NCBI GenBank assembly: GCA_900617105.1
Contig: UYFQ01000004.1
Coordinates: 186,001 to 250,000, forward strand
Length of the DNA: 64,000 nt
Direction of reading: 5' to 3'
DNA from: Hydrurus foetidus
Taxonomy: Eukaryota
This document shows, piece after piece, positions 1-11,100 of this stretch. Below the pieces are notes generated by a model, which saw nothing but the letters and a program-made list of their open reading frames with translations, was not told where the DNA came from and ran no database searches. Each line of letters opens with the position of its first letter. Position 1 is the stretch's first letter. Both the position numbers and the translations under genes were made by a program.

Positions 1-1893
1 GCCCGACAGCTGCGACAGCACCGGCCAGGGCGGGCTGTCTTTGGGCAGCAAAAACGCGGGGGCAAACGCAAAGCTTGCGTTCTGCACATTGCCGGAAATG
101 CGGAAGTCGCCCTGCTTGGGATCGGTGAACGGGAACTTGGCCAGGTCGCCCTTGACCTTGAACTTCACACCGCTCGCCACGCCGCCCACGATGGCGGTTT
201 GCAGGTAGGTGCGCACATCTTTTTCCACCACGCTGGGCAGGTAGCGATAAATCCGCGTGCCCACCACCTGGTTGGCGGTGCCTTGCAGGTCCAGCACGCC
301 GGGGTAGCGGCTGTGTGCCTTGGCGCCGGCTGGGCCGGGGTCCGCGGTTTGCCATTTCAGCTGCACATCGGCCTGGCCATCGGCGTTGCTGAAATGCAGG
401 TTGGGAATGCTCACCTTGAGGTCCTCGCCCTTGCGTGTCCACTCGACGGCGGCGCTCAGCTCGTCCACGGCAATGAGGGGCTCGTCCATCACGCCCAGCA
501 GGTCCAGCACGCCCTTGTGCATAGCCAGGCTGGCTTTACCGCCCAACTGGTTCAGGTCAAAGTCCACATCCGCGCCCTGAAAGCCCTGGGTCTGCACGCC
601 GTTCAACGTGCCCGCGTTGAGCGCCAGCCGCACCACGCGTCCCTTGGCCGCATAGACGCTGGCCTGCTCCGGCGTGCCGTGCCAGCTGGCCTGCAGACTT
701 TCCACCAGACCCTGGGGGCTGTAATAGCCCATTTGCGTGCGCAAGGCTTCGTCCAGCGGCAGGCGCTTGGCAATCTCGCCCAGGGCCGCCAGGTCCAGCC
801 GGTCGGCCGTAAATTCGCCACGCGCCGGGGTCTTGGCACCGGCATCCAACAGGGCCAGGCGCACATTGCCGCCAGGCCAGTGCAAGCCATCCTGCGTGTC
901 AAAGGCCAGTGACTCGGTAAACACCTCCAGCCCCCCATCCAGGCGTCGCGCGCCCAGGCGACCCGCCATGCGGGTCAGGTTCAGGGGGCCCAGCTTGGGG
1001 TCCACCGTGGCCTCTACGTCGCGCAGCAGCACATCGGCCGTGGCGCCCAGAAAGCCACCACGCGCCACATCGGCCCACACGCGCAGGCTGCCCACGCCCT
1101 TGGCCAGGTCCACGCCCACATCGGCATAGGGGCGCAGGTGCGACACATCGATCTGCGGGAGGTTGGCAAACAGCTGCCCGGTCCAAACGCGCCAATCGCC
1201 CGCATTGCCCGACAACAGCGGCTGCTTGAAGCTACCCATGACGCTGAGCCGTTCGCCCCATTGCGGGGGCGGGTCGGCGTCCAGGCGCAGCGCGTGGGTA
1301 TACAGATGGTTGCGCAACACCACATCTACGTTAGTCAGCGCCAGCGGCGGGGCACCGCGCAACTCGTCGGTCCAGCGCACGGTACCGTTGCGCAGCGCTA
1401 CCTCGGTTTGCGAGAAGACCCAGTCGGCGGCGGTCGTGTCGCTGCTCGTCCCGGCGGGCAGTGGCAACCCGGCAATCCAGACCTGGCCGTCCGCGGCACG
1501 GCGGATATCCAGCACCGCGCCATCCACGTAGAGCTGCTCAAAGCCCCGGTTGAACAGAGAGCGCGGCGAGAGGGCCGCAGTCACGGAGGGAAGCTTGAGT
1601 GCCTCGCGCCCCTGCGGGTCCAGCAAGCGCACGTCGGTCAGTTCAACCGATGGAATAAGGCCATTGGATTTGGCTTCAATGGCGCCAATGCGCACCGTAA
1701 CCCCCAGCGCGGCGGATGCCCGTTCCTCCAGCCACGGGCGAAGTTCGCCAATTCGCGGCACAATCAGAAAATGCAATCCACCCCACACCAAGGCCACCGC
1801 AATCCATGCTGACGCCAGCAAGCGAAGCGCCCATTTCGCGCTTACCGCAAGCGCTTTGAGCCAAGGCGAAGGTACAGGTGTCAAATCATTCAT
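1..1893 (-). CDS. yhdP: YhdP/AsmA-family lipid transport protein, 5' part (runs off window start)
   Basis: Hand translation from ATG at 1893: MNDLTPVPSPWLKALAVSAKWALRLLASAWIAVALVWGGLHFLIVPRIGELRPWLE (N-terminal TM then LIVPRI..RP.LE); divergent from glnE. Missing from the ORF track because there is no stop in the window. Confidence 0.85.
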   Translation of the reverse strand, partial: MNDLTPVPSPWLKALAVSAKWALRLLASAWIAVALVWGGLHFLIVPRIGELRPWLEERASAALGVTVRIGAIEAKSNGLIPSVELTDVRLLDPQGREALKLPSVTAALSPRSLFNRGFEQLYVDGAVLDIRRAADGQVWIAGLPLPAGTSSDTTAADWVFSQTEVALRNGTVRWTDELRGAPPLALTNVDVVLRNHLYTHALRLDADPPPQWGERLSVMGSFKQPLLSGNAGDWRVWTGQLFANLPQIDVSHLRPYADVGVDLAKGVGSLRVWADVARGGFLGATADVLLRDVEATVDPKLGPLNLTRMAGRLGARRLDGGLEVFTESLAFDTQDGLHWPGGNVRLALLDAGAKTPARGEFTADRLDLAALGEIAKRLPLDEALRTQMGYYSPQGLVESLQASWHGTPEQASVYAAKGRVVRLALNAGTLNGVQTQGFQGADVDFDLNQLGGKASLAMHKGVLDLLGVMDEPLIAVDELSAAVEWTRKGEDLKVSIPNLHFSNADGQADVQLKWQTADPGPAGAKAHSRYPGVLDLQGTANQVVGTRIYRYLPSVVEKDVRTYLQTAIVGGVASGVKFKVKGDLAKFPFTDPKQGDFRISGNVQNASFAFAPAFLLPKDSPPWPVLSQLSG

Positions 1894-1907
1894 CGTGCAT
1901 CGGGACT

Positions 1908-4637
1908 ATGTCAGGAATTATGACCCGCATTGAGTCGTCAACCTGGGTGGAGGGCTCCCGCTTTGGCCAGCGCATTCGGCGCCGCTACGAAGCGCAACTG
2001 GCCTTGCTGCCCCCGGGCATCCCCGACCGCGCGACGCTGGAGACGCTGTACCTGGCCCTGCGTGCCAGCCAGCCCGACGCCGCCACCGCCCTGCGCATCA
2101 CGCGCCAGCTGGTGCTGGAGCGCCTGGTGGAGCTGGATTGCGGCGGCCAGGCCGACCTGACCCACGTGACCCGGGTGATGACCGAGCTGGCCGAATGGGC
2201 CCTGGAAGTGGCCTACCGCGAAAGCTTTGCCGCCCTGCAGGCCACCCACGGCGCCCCCCAAACCCCGCAAGGTGAGCTGTCCCAGCTGTGCATCATCGGC
2301 ATGGGCAAGCTGGGGGCGCGCGAACTCAATGTCTCCAGCGACATCGACCTGATCTACATCTACGACCAGGACGGCGACACCACCGGCACGCCCGAAGGCC
2401 GCGGCCGCCTGTCGAACCAGGAGTTCTTTGCCAAGATGGTCAAGGCCATCTATGCGCTGGTCGGCGACACCACCGAGCATGGCTTTGTGTTCCGCATGGA
2501 CCTGGCGCTGCGCCCCAATGGCAACTCGGGCCCGCCCGCCGTATCCCTGGGCGCGCTGGAAGAATATTTCCATGTGCAGGGTCGCGAGTGGGAGCGCTTT
2601 GCCTGGCTCAAAAGCCGGGTGGTGGCGCCGCAGCAGGCCATTGGCTCCAGCTGCGCGCAGCAGCTGCGCAGCGTGGTCGTGCCCTTTGTGTTCCGCCGCT
2701 ACCTGGACTACAACGTGTTCGACTCGCTGCGCGGGCTGCACCGCCAAATCCGCGACCACGCCTCCAAACGCAGCGCGGGCCGCCCCGAGCGCAGCAACGA
2801 TGTGAAGCTGTCGCGCGGCGGCATCCGCGAGATTGAATTCACCGTGCAGCTGCTGCAGGTGGTGCGTGGTGGCCAGTACCCCGAGCTGCGCACCCGCACC
2901 ACCGTGAGCGCGCTGCAGCGCCTGGTGGTGGCCGGGCTGATGCCCAAGGCCACGGCCGACGGCCTGGCGCAGGCCTATGTGTTTTTGCGCCTGGTGGAGC
3001 ACCGCATCCAGTACCTGGACGACCAGCAAACCCATGTGCTGCCCACCGACGAGACCGACCTGCGCTGGATCGCCAACACCCTGGGCCTGCACGACGGCTG
3101 CGCCCTGCTGCAAACGCTTGACCTGCACCGCGAGCTGGTGGCGCAGGAGTTTGACGCCCTGCTGGGCGGCGGGCGCTCCGAATGCCGCGGCGGCAGCTGC
3201 AGCGGCAAGGGCACAGGCGCCACGCCCGGCGACCTGGACACCGTGCTGGAGCAGCTGCAAGGGTTATTCAAAGAACGCGTGGCCGCCTGGCGAGAGCACC
3301 CGCGCGTGCTGGCACTGAAAGAAGAATCGCGCGCACGCCTGGGTCGGCTGGTGCTGCGCACCGGGGAGTGGCTGACGGCCGGCCGCGTGGCCGAAGACGC
3401 TGCGGTGCGCCTGGTGGACTGGATGGAGCCGCTGCTGCGCCGCGAGAGCTACCTGGCCATGCTGCTGGAGCGCCCCAAGGTGCACGAGCGCCTGCTGCGC
3501 ATGCTGGGCGCCGCGCGCTGGCCGGCACGCTACCTGCTCAAGCACCCGGGCGTGATTGACGAGCTGGCCAGCAACGCGATTCTGGAAGAGCGGTTTGATG
3601 CCGTGGCTTTCGAGCAGGACCTGGAGCGGCGCATGGCCTCGCTGCGGGGCAGCGCCGAAGATGACGACGAGGCCCTGCTGAACCTGCTGCGCCGGGCCCA
3701 CCACGCCGAAGTGTTTCGCACCCTGGTGCGCGACGTGGAAGGTGTGCTGACCGTCGAGCAAGTGGCCGACGACCTGAGCGCGCTGGCCGAAAGCGTGCTG
3801 CGCATCACCACCCGATGGTGCTGGGAGCGGCTGAAAAACCGCCACCGCCCCGACCACCAGTTTTCCATCATTGCCTACGGCAAGCTGGGTGGCAAAGAGC
3901 TGGGCTATGGCTCGGACCTGGACATTGTGTTTGTCTACGACGATGCCGACGACCGCGCCTCCGAGGTGTATGCGGCCCTGGTGCGCAAGCTCATCAACTG
4001 GCTGACCGTGAAGACCGGCGAGGGCGACCTCTACGAGATCGACACCGCGCTGCGGCCCAACGGCAACTCCGGCCTGCTGGTGACCAGCTTTGACGCCTAC
4101 GCCAACTACCAGCAGCAACGCGGCAGCAACACCGCCTGGACCTGGGAACACCAGGCCATGACGCGGGCCCGCTGCGTGCTGGGCACGCCGGCTCTGCACG
4201 CCCGCTTTGACGCGGTGCGCGCCGCCGTGATTGGCGCGGTGCGCGAAGAGACCGGGCTGCGCCAGGAAATTGGCAGCATGCGCGAGAAGGTGCGCAGCGC
4301 CCACCCCGTGAAGGGCACGCGGTTTGACGTGAAGCACAGCCCCGGCGGCATGGTGGATATCGAGTTTGCGGTGCAGTTTCTAGTGCTGTCGCAGGGCTGC
4401 CACCACCCCGAGCTGCTGGACAACGTGGGCAACATCGCCCTGCTGCTGCGCGCCCAGGCCTGTGGCCTGCTGTCTGCGCCGGTGGGTGATAACGCAGCCC
4501 AGGCCTACCGGGTGCTGCGCCAGATTCAGCACAAGGCCCGGCTGAACGAAGAGCCCACCCAGGTGGACGAAGCGGCGGTGCAGCAAGAGCGCGCCGCAGG
4601 CCTGGCACTGTGGGACGCAGTGTTTGGTGGCTTATAA
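1908..4637 (+). CDS. glnE: Bifunctional glutamine synthetase adenylyltransferase/deadenylyltransferase
   Basis: Two nucleotidyltransferase motifs, GMGKLGARELNVSSDIDL and YGKLGGKELGYGSDLD; ~910 aa. Start is ATG 1908 or 1920. Confidence 0.97.
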   Translation: MSGIMTRIESSTWVEGSRFGQRIRRRYEAQLALLPPGIPDRATLETLYLALRASQPDAATALRITRQLVLERLVELDCGGQADLTHVTRVMTELAEWALEVAYRESFAALQATHGAPQTPQGELSQLCIIGMGKLGARELNVSSDIDLIYIYDQDGDTTGTPEGRGRLSNQEFFAKMVKAIYALVGDTTEHGFVFRMDLALRPNGNSGPPAVSLGALEEYFHVQGREWERFAWLKSRVVAPQQAIGSSCAQQLRSVVVPFVFRRYLDYNVFDSLRGLHRQIRDHASKRSAGRPERSNDVKLSRGGIREIEFTVQLLQVVRGGQYPELRTRTTVSALQRLVVAGLMPKATADGLAQAYVFLRLVEHRIQYLDDQQTHVLPTDETDLRWIANTLGLHDGCALLQTLDLHRELVAQEFDALLGGGRSECRGGSCSGKGTGATPGDLDTVLEQLQGLFKERVAAWREHPRVLALKEESRARLGRLVLRTGEWLTAGRVAEDAAVRLVDWMEPLLRRESYLAMLLERPKVHERLLRMLGAARWPARYLLKHPGVIDELASNAILEERFDAVAFEQDLERRMASLRGSAEDDDEALLNLLRRAHHAEVFRTLVRDVEGVLTVEQVADDLSALAESVLRITTRWCWERLKNRHRPDHQFSIIAYGKLGGKELGYGSDLDIVFVYDDADDRASEVYAALVRKLINWLTVKTGEGDLYEIDTALRPNGNSGLLVTSFDAYANYQQQRGSNTAWTWEHQAMTRARCVLGTPALHARFDAVRAAVIGAVREETGLRQEIGSMREKVRSAHPVKGTRFDVKHSPGGMVDIEFAVQFLVLSQGCHHPELLDNVGNIALLLRAQACGLLSAPVGDNAAQAYRVLRQIQHKARLNEEPTQVDEAAVQQERAAGLALWDAVFGGL

Positions 4638-4643
4638 GCATTT

Positions 4644-4694
4644 TAGGCCTCTAGCCCCCGTGGAGTATGCGCAAGCAGCTATTGTTTTGGTAGC
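4644..4694 (+). repeat. ~51-bp interspersed REP-like repeat, copy A
   Basis: TAGGCCTCTAGCCCCCG...TGCGCAAGCAGCTATTGTTTTGGTAGC; five related copies elsewhere in the window. Confidence 0.85.
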
Positions 4695-4754
4695 GCGGTG
4701 GCAAGCCGACACGGCCCGCCGCCGCTGAACCCCTCTCGTCATTCCCCCTAACCG

Positions 4755-4842
4755 TTGCGTGCTTTTCTGTGGATGCCTGGTGCCCTGGTCTCGTTTTGCC
4801 GGATGGCTGTCGGCCAGTACGGCTGGTGTTTGGGGCTGGGCC
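4755..4842 (+). pseudogene. Remnant of the EamA/DMT transporter gene 5' end (internally deleted copy of 29268..30116)
   Basis: Encodes (M)RAFLWMPGALVSFCRMA-VGQYGWCLGLGL, versus MRAFLWMTGALVSFCLMA...VGQYGWFLGIGL in the intact gene; 56 codons missing; cut off by the IS6 end. Confidence 0.88.
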
Positions 4843-5552
4843 TGCACTGTCAACTTGCTGAGGCTTGTCCGAGTTCATGCCGCTGGACCAGTGCAATGCA
4901 AATCAGACGGCAGCATTTTCCATCCGTTGGGCGCAGCTCACCATGCCACAGGTTTGCATGGCCTGGGTGCGAGCAGCTCGTTTTGCTTTTGCCTCCCGGT
5001 TGTAGCGGCGATGCTGAAAGATATTGGCCACCTGGTCGTGAACCGATACAAAACGCTGGAGATGACAGGCCGATTTGAAACGGCGCATGACCTTCTCGCG
5101 AATCCTTGTGGGTTGATGCGAGTTCTCGATCAGACGCTCGGTGGCTTGGCGGTTGCGCCCACTTTGTACCAGCGCATCCAGAGCCGCGCTGTGCTGGTCC
5201 ACTGCGCGCCACAGCCACCAGTGGTGTGCATTGATATTTACAACGACTTCGTCCAGATGCCACTTGTCACCAAGGGCTGCCGGCCTATGGCGAATATTCT
5301 TGGCAATTTTTTGCCCAAATTTCAATGCCCAACGACGTACCGTTTTGTACGTCACATCAATAGAGCGCGCTGCCAGCAATTCCTCCACCATCCGCCTGGC
5401 TCAATGGGAAGCGAAAGTACCGCCACACTGCGCAACTGATCACTTCAGATGGGAAACGGTAGCCAGCGTAGGAAATCGTCTGCGGCTGGCAGGTTGAATT
5501 CATCCGTAAATTGCCCACGACAATCACGTCAGCTCAACAAGTTGACAATACC
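4843..5552 (-). mobile_element. Defective IS6-family element
   Basis: Terminal inverted repeats TGCACTGTCAACTTGCTGAG (4843) and GGTATTGTCAACTTGTTGAG (reverse complement, ending 5552). Transposase motifs YRFPSEVI..AVW.YFRFPLS, VEELLAAR, KWHLDEV, LWRAVD, ENSHQPTR; frameshift near 5395 and an internal deletion between ATERLI and ENSHQ. Confidence 0.9.
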
Positions 5553-5554
5553 TG

Positions 5555-5683
5555 ACGCACGAGTACAACTATGTCTTTGGCGCGGTGGATGTTTGCACCA
5601 GGGAGCTTGACAGCTTGATACTGCCGCCCGTCAACACGGGATGCATGCAGATCTTCCAAAACGAGGTCTCGGCACGTGACCCA
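5555..5683 (+). pseudogene. Fragment of an IS630-like transposase
   Basis: Frame reads THEYNYVFGAVDVCTRELDSLILPPVNTGCMQIFQNEVSARDP, resembling the EY.Y.YGAV...LDSLILP.VNT.CMQIFL.EV segment of IS630 DDE transposases; no start or end. Confidence 0.65.
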
Positions 5684-5715
5684 ACTACCGCGACAGAACC
5701 AACATTTGAGCTAGG

Positions 5716-5731
5716 CGGCAAGCTTGCCGCA
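5716..5731. promoter_or_regulatory. Palindrome CGGCAAGCTTGCCG(CA) upstream of the cas operon; putative operator or promoter
   Basis: Perfect 14-bp palindrome 53 bp before ATG 5769; identical copy at 19980, variant at 19552. Confidence 0.6.
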
Positions 5732-5768
5732 AGCGGGATGGTATTGGGCCCGGCCTACACTTGCCGCC

Positions 5769-6992
5769 ATGCCTCATTCACACCAAACATCGGACGTAAG
5801 TCCGCAAGACCGCAGCAAAACTCCGGGGCAATTCAAGCGCCGCATCCTGCTGGCCGTCAGTGGACTGTCGCCACAGATCGTGACGGAAACCATCTACGCA
5901 CTGGCTTCCAACCCGCAAACCCCCTTTGTGCCCACAGAGGTACACCTCATCACCACCCGCGAAGGCGCGCAGCGGGCCGAGCTGTCACTGCTGAGCGACG
6001 ATCTGGGCTGGTTCCACAAGCTATGTGCTGACTACCATCTGCCCGGCATCACCTTCAGCCGAAAAAACATCCACATCATGCGCGATGCCAACGAGCGCGG
6101 CATGGACGACATCCGCAGTATCGAAGACAACCGCGCCGCCGCCGACTTCATCACGCAAAAAGTGCGTGAGTTCAGCGCCGACCCCAATTGCGCACTGCAT
6201 GTATCCATAGCCGGTGGCCGCAAAACCATGGGGTTCTATTTGGGCTACGCCCTCTCACTCTATGGCCGTCCGCAAGACCGCCTGAGCCACGTGCTGGTGA
6301 GCGAGCCGTTTGAGAACAGCATCGACTTCTTCTATCCAACGCCCTATAGCCGCGTGCTACAAACCCGCGACGGCAAGTTGGCCGACACCGCCATGGCAGA
6401 AGTCACACTGGCTGAAATTCCCTTCGTAAGTTTGCGCCACGGCCTGCCTGTCAAACTGCTCAGCGGTCACGCAAGCTTCAACGAGACGGTGACTGCCGCG
6501 CAAGCCGCCTTGGCCGCCCCTGAGCTGTTGATCGACCTGACCCGCAAACGCATCCGCGCAGGTGGTCAAACTATTGAGCTACCACCCGCCGAATTGGCTC
6601 TGTTGGCCGTGTTTGCACGCCGGGCCATGAATGGCGATGCCGCGCTGGCCGCTCCCTCAAAAGGCTCGCGCGACAGCGCCTGGGCCAAGCGCTACCTGCG
6701 CGAATACAGTGGGATTGTCGGCAGCGCAGGCGACCTTGATGCAACCAACAAGGCCTTCAACATCAAACCCGGCGAGACAACCGTGCATGGCATGGACGGC
6801 GAATACTTCTCGCAACGCAAATCCAAATTGGAGAAACGTCTCAAAACCGCCCTGGGCCCCGCCGCCCACCACTATTGCATTGACGACGGCGGCACGCGCC
6901 CACGCAAATACCGACTGACGCTGTCACCAGCGTCGGTTAAATTCGAGAGTGATGCGCTGATCAACATGCCGCACGGGGAGGAAGAGCGATGA
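5769..6992 (+). CDS. CRISPR-associated CARF protein, NE0113 (Csx14/Csm6-like) family, with putative C-terminal winged-HTH
   Basis: ILLAVSGLSPQIVTETIYAL, SIAGGRKTMGFYLGYALSLYGRPQDRLSHVLV (CARF); C-terminal LLIDLTRKRIRAGGQTIELPPAELALL resembles an OmpR-type wHTH. Confidence 0.85.
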   Translation: MPHSHQTSDVSPQDRSKTPGQFKRRILLAVSGLSPQIVTETIYALASNPQTPFVPTEVHLITTREGAQRAELSLLSDDLGWFHKLCADYHLPGITFSRKNIHIMRDANERGMDDIRSIEDNRAAADFITQKVREFSADPNCALHVSIAGGRKTMGFYLGYALSLYGRPQDRLSHVLVSEPFENSIDFFYPTPYSRVLQTRDGKLADTAMAEVTLAEIPFVSLRHGLPVKLLSGHASFNETVTAAQAALAAPELLIDLTRKRIRAGGQTIELPPAELALLAVFARRAMNGDAALAAPSKGSRDSAWAKRYLREYSGIVGSAGDLDATNKAFNIKPGETTVHGMDGEYFSQRKSKLEKRLKTALGPAAHHYCIDDGGTRPRKYRLTLSPASVKFESDALINMPHGEEER

Positions 6993-8113
6993 TTAAGACC
7001 GAGTTGACCTACCAGGTCAGTTTCAATACGCCCGCCTTTTTGGGCAATGCCGAGCAGCAAGCCCAGTGGCGCACGCCACCGTTCAAGGCCATGCTGCGGC
7101 AATGGTGGCGGGTTGTCAAAGCGCCGGATATGGAATATGACTACCGGGCGCTTTTAAAACAGGAGAACGAGCTTTTTGGCAGCGCCGGGGATGACTCGGG
7201 TGGCCGACGATCCAAGCTGCAATTGCGCTTATCGCGTTGGGATACGGGCACATTGACGGAGCTTCCCAGGATGGCCACACACCAGCACCCGGAAGTCAAA
7301 CGCAATGGGCAAAATGTTCCGGTGGGAACCGCAGTCTATCTGGGGTTTGGACCAGTTACCACGAGCGGCAATCGGAATGCTATTGCACCTGAAGGGTCTT
7401 CCGTTATTTTCAAATTGCGCTTTCCAGCATCCGAGGAAAAAACGCTACGCAAAGCCATGCAACTCGGCGCCTGGTTTGGCACGCTCGGCTCTCGCGCCCG
7501 CAACGGTTGGGGTTCTTTGCATATTGAAGGCGAAGGTATTCTGGGCTGGGCGGAACTCTGCGACTCCAAGCTGGCAGAACAGTCGCCGCTGCGCAGCGTG
7601 GCGAGCGCTTTGGGTGATCGGCTTGCGAGTGATTGGCCACACGCATTGGGCTTGTGTGCCGATGGCCGACCAGCCGTGTGGCGCGTAGTTGCTGGCAGCA
7701 CCGTCAAAGAGGGAAAAACCGCCTACGTCGGATTCGACAGTTGGCGGCTGGTCATGGAGCAACTCGCCGCGCTCAAAATAGGTTTCCGTACCCAGTTCAA
7801 ACTCAACAGCGGCGCCCCGCACAGCCAAGTTGAAGATCGACACATTTTGGCTTACCCAGTCACTAACCACGGCTTGGCCGGGTTGCCCAATGCGCGGCTT
7901 GCCAGCCAAATGCGCTTCAAGGTGGCGAAGAGCAAAGACGGCAAATATTTTGGCCTCATCACGCATGTGCCCAGCGCCATGCCGCGCGCATTTTTTGAGC
8001 GCAGCAGCGTTCGTCCGCCCGAGATCAAAGACCAAATTGCAGTCTGGCAGCAAGTGCATGATTTTTTGAACGGCCAACCACCGAGCCTGCTCAACCGCAT
8101 CCGCAAGGGCTAA
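6989..8113 (+). CDS. cmr1: Type III-B RAMP protein Cmr1
   Basis: TPAFLG, FKAMLRQWWR, ENELFGS, G-rich GTLGSRARNGWGSL; directly upstream of cas10. Confidence 0.88.
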   Translation: MIKTELTYQVSFNTPAFLGNAEQQAQWRTPPFKAMLRQWWRVVKAPDMEYDYRALLKQENELFGSAGDDSGGRRSKLQLRLSRWDTGTLTELPRMATHQHPEVKRNGQNVPVGTAVYLGFGPVTTSGNRNAIAPEGSSVIFKLRFPASEEKTLRKAMQLGAWFGTLGSRARNGWGSLHIEGEGILGWAELCDSKLAEQSPLRSVASALGDRLASDWPHALGLCADGRPAVWRVVAGSTVKEGKTAYVGFDSWRLVMEQLAALKIGFRTQFKLNSGAPHSQVEDRHILAYPVTNHGLAGLPNARLASQMRFKVAKSKDGKYFGLITHVPSAMPRAFFERSSVRPPEIKDQIAVWQQVHDFLNGQPPSLLNRIRKG

Positions 8114-8116
8114 ACC

Positions 8117-11100
8117 ATGACGCATAAAACCAACTACACCAAAAAAATCGCCGCCTGGCTGCACGACCCGGCTGAAAAACAATTGGTCTTGATGCGCGAC
8201 AAAGAGGGCCACGAGGGTGGCACGTCGCGCCGTTTACGCCAGGCGTTGGACATCTCCTCCAAGCTGTTTGACCACCGCGCCGATCACCTGGCCGCCTCCG
8301 CCGACCGCCCCAACTGGCCGCGCGGGGAGGATGCCAAGCGTTATCCCAAGTTTGAGGCCGTCCACTTCACCAAAGACCCCGAGCTGATTCACCCGCTGTC
8401 CGGCGAACGCCTGAAGCTGGGGCCATTGAGCCTGGACATCGGTGTAGACAGCATCAAGGCCGTCAGCCAAAGCCACTTCGAGAGCCTGATTCAGGAAGAC
8501 GATGAAAAAGCTGGCGAAGAACTGCGCAAGACGTTTCTGGCCTTTTGGCGCTTTGGCCCCGAGGTGGGCAAAGACGCCGATCAGCTGGGCGCGCTGTGGA
8601 ACATGCTGCCCGCCGACTCCCGCACGCCTGACCACAGCATCTGGTCGCATGTTGACACCGTGTCCGCCATTCACACCGCGCTGGCCGGGGATGAAAACGG
8701 GCCGGACGAGCCCGCGCTCTTGGTCATGAGCTTTGGCCCGGTGCAAGGTTTTATCGGGCAGGCCCGTTCCACGTCCGACTTGTGGGCGGGTTCGCACCTG
8801 CTCTCGTCGCTGGTGTTCGAGGCGATGAAGCCCATCATCAGCCACCTGGGGCCAGACTGCATGGTGTTCCCGGCCCTGCGCGGCGTGCCTCTGGTGGATC
8901 AGTGGCTGATGCAGCCCGATGTGGGCGGTGATGCATTTGTGCAACTGTTTGAGAACATCGACTCTGAACTGCTGCGTGACAACACTGACACCAACCCCCT
9001 GTTTGCCGCCAGTCTACCCAACAAGTTCATGGCAATTGTTCCATCAAAACAGGCTGCAGCCTTAGCGGAACGTGCGGTAGCAGCTATAAAAAACGCAGCA
9101 AAGGCGTGGGCGCGCGAAGCCGCTCAGCTCGCCTTTGAAGCCGCCGGCGTGCCCATGACCCATGCCACTCGTGCGCAGCTTGACCAGCAACTGGGAGGCT
9201 TCCCCGAAGCCTATTGGGCCGCAGCCACTTGGCCTGTGAACGGTGCAGGCGATGCGGACACTGATGCGTTTTTGAACGGTTACAAAGACGTTAGCGCAGC
9301 CAGCCAACAGTTGCACGCCGCGCTGGATCAGATTCACCCCGATCTCAAAAAGCAAGGCGTGTTTCAGGATGCCACCTGGAAAGTGTTGACCAAGGAACTC
9401 AAGCTCGACGGCCTGCAGTTCTGGGCACCCAACACCGGCATCCTCTACCCCGCCGTGTACGAGCTGGCCGAACGCGCACTGGGTGCCGCCAAAGCCACGC
9501 GCCCCTTTGCGCCGCTGCTGGAAGAAGGCCACCGCTGCACCCTGACGGGGGAGGCCGAATGGCTCACGCACGACCGGGCATTATTGGGCCTGAACCGCAA
9601 AGACCGTGAAGCGCAGAGCGTCTGGGGCAAGCTGGCCAAAAACAAGAAGTCGTGGGTCAAGCCCGGCGAACACCTGGGTGCCATTGCCACCCTGAAACGC
9701 CTGTGGCCCACCCTGTTCGCAAAGCGGGTGAGCGACTTGACCAAGGGCGACGTGACCCGCTTTGTGGTCAGCACCCATGCGCTGGCCTTGTCCACCACGC
9801 TGGAAAAGCTGGCGGATCCCAACCAGCCGCTAACCACCGACCAGCGATCGGCCCTGCAAGCATTGGCCGCCACGGCCGCAGACTACGAGAACGTTACCCT
9901 GCCAAAAGCTCTGGTACGCAAGCTGTACAAGCGTGGGCAGCTATCAGAAACAGAGCAAGCCACTCTGCGAAAACTACCCGACATGCTGGAAAACCCGCCA
10001 GAAGATTCCGCCCAAGCCCAGCACCTGGACCGCACCATTGCCCAGCTGATGGGCGACAGTCGGCCCGAGACCTACTACGCCCTGATCTTGATGGACGGCG
10101 ACCGCATGGGCGGCTGGCTGGCGGGCAATGAGGACGACTACAAGCTCAAGTACCGCGAAACCTGGCACAGCAGCGTGCTGGCTGAAATGCAAAACCTGGA
10201 GATGCGCGAAAAGCACCAAAAGCAGCAGAGTGCGGACTTGCGCCAATACCTGGATACCAAACGCCCGGTATCCCCCGGCCGCCACGGTGCCATCTCGCAA
10301 GCCTTGAACGACTTTTCCACCCACCTGGCGCGCCATGTGGTGGAAGACTGCTGCAAAGGCAAGCTGCTCTACGCCGGTGGCGACGACGTGTTGGCGCTGG
10401 TGGCTGTGGACGATTTGTTTGACTGCATGCAGCTGCTGCGCCTGGCCTATAGCGGCATTGCGCCCAGTGACGACATGAAACTGGGAGAACGCATTGGCAC
10501 TTTGCAACCCGGTGGGAGTGCCAAGCAACGCAAGCTTCTGCTCAAAAGCGGCTTTGGCTTGTTGAATGGCCGTTTGATGACGCTGATGGGCCACAAAGCC
10601 ACAGCCTCCATGGGTGCGGTCGTGGCGCACCACAGCGCACCGCTGGGCATGGTGTTGCGTGAGTTGCGTGCAGCGGAAAGTCGCGCCAAAAACACCCTGC
10701 GCGGGAAAGACGGCAAGGGCGGGGACATCAATCGCGATGCCTTCTGCCTGCGCGTGCTCAAGCGCGGTGGTGGCGAGGTGAATGTCACCAGCCCTTGGTG
10801 GCCCGTGAATGCGACCACGCAGCAGCCCGACACGGCACAAAGCGCCTTGGCCTTGATGAAGCAACTGGCCGAGCAACTGGCATTGACCGACTTTTCACGG
10901 GGGGCCATTTACAAGGCGCAGTTGTGGTTTGAAGGCTTAACCGACGATGTCAAGGACGCGACAAGTAGAGTTTGGAAAGAGCAAATGACATCTTCGCTGG
11001 CCTACCAGTTCAAACGCCAAAAAGGCAGTGCCGAATTGGCCCGCCAGGTGGTGGATTTTGTGTGCAATGTGATGCAACCCCAGCACCCGAAAAAAGCCAT

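Noticed and set aside
199..1812. Plus-strand ORFs of 224-237 aa
   Set aside because: Antisense shadows of minus-strand yhdP; the same applies to long shadow ORFs opposite glnE, cfa, purB and the kinase.
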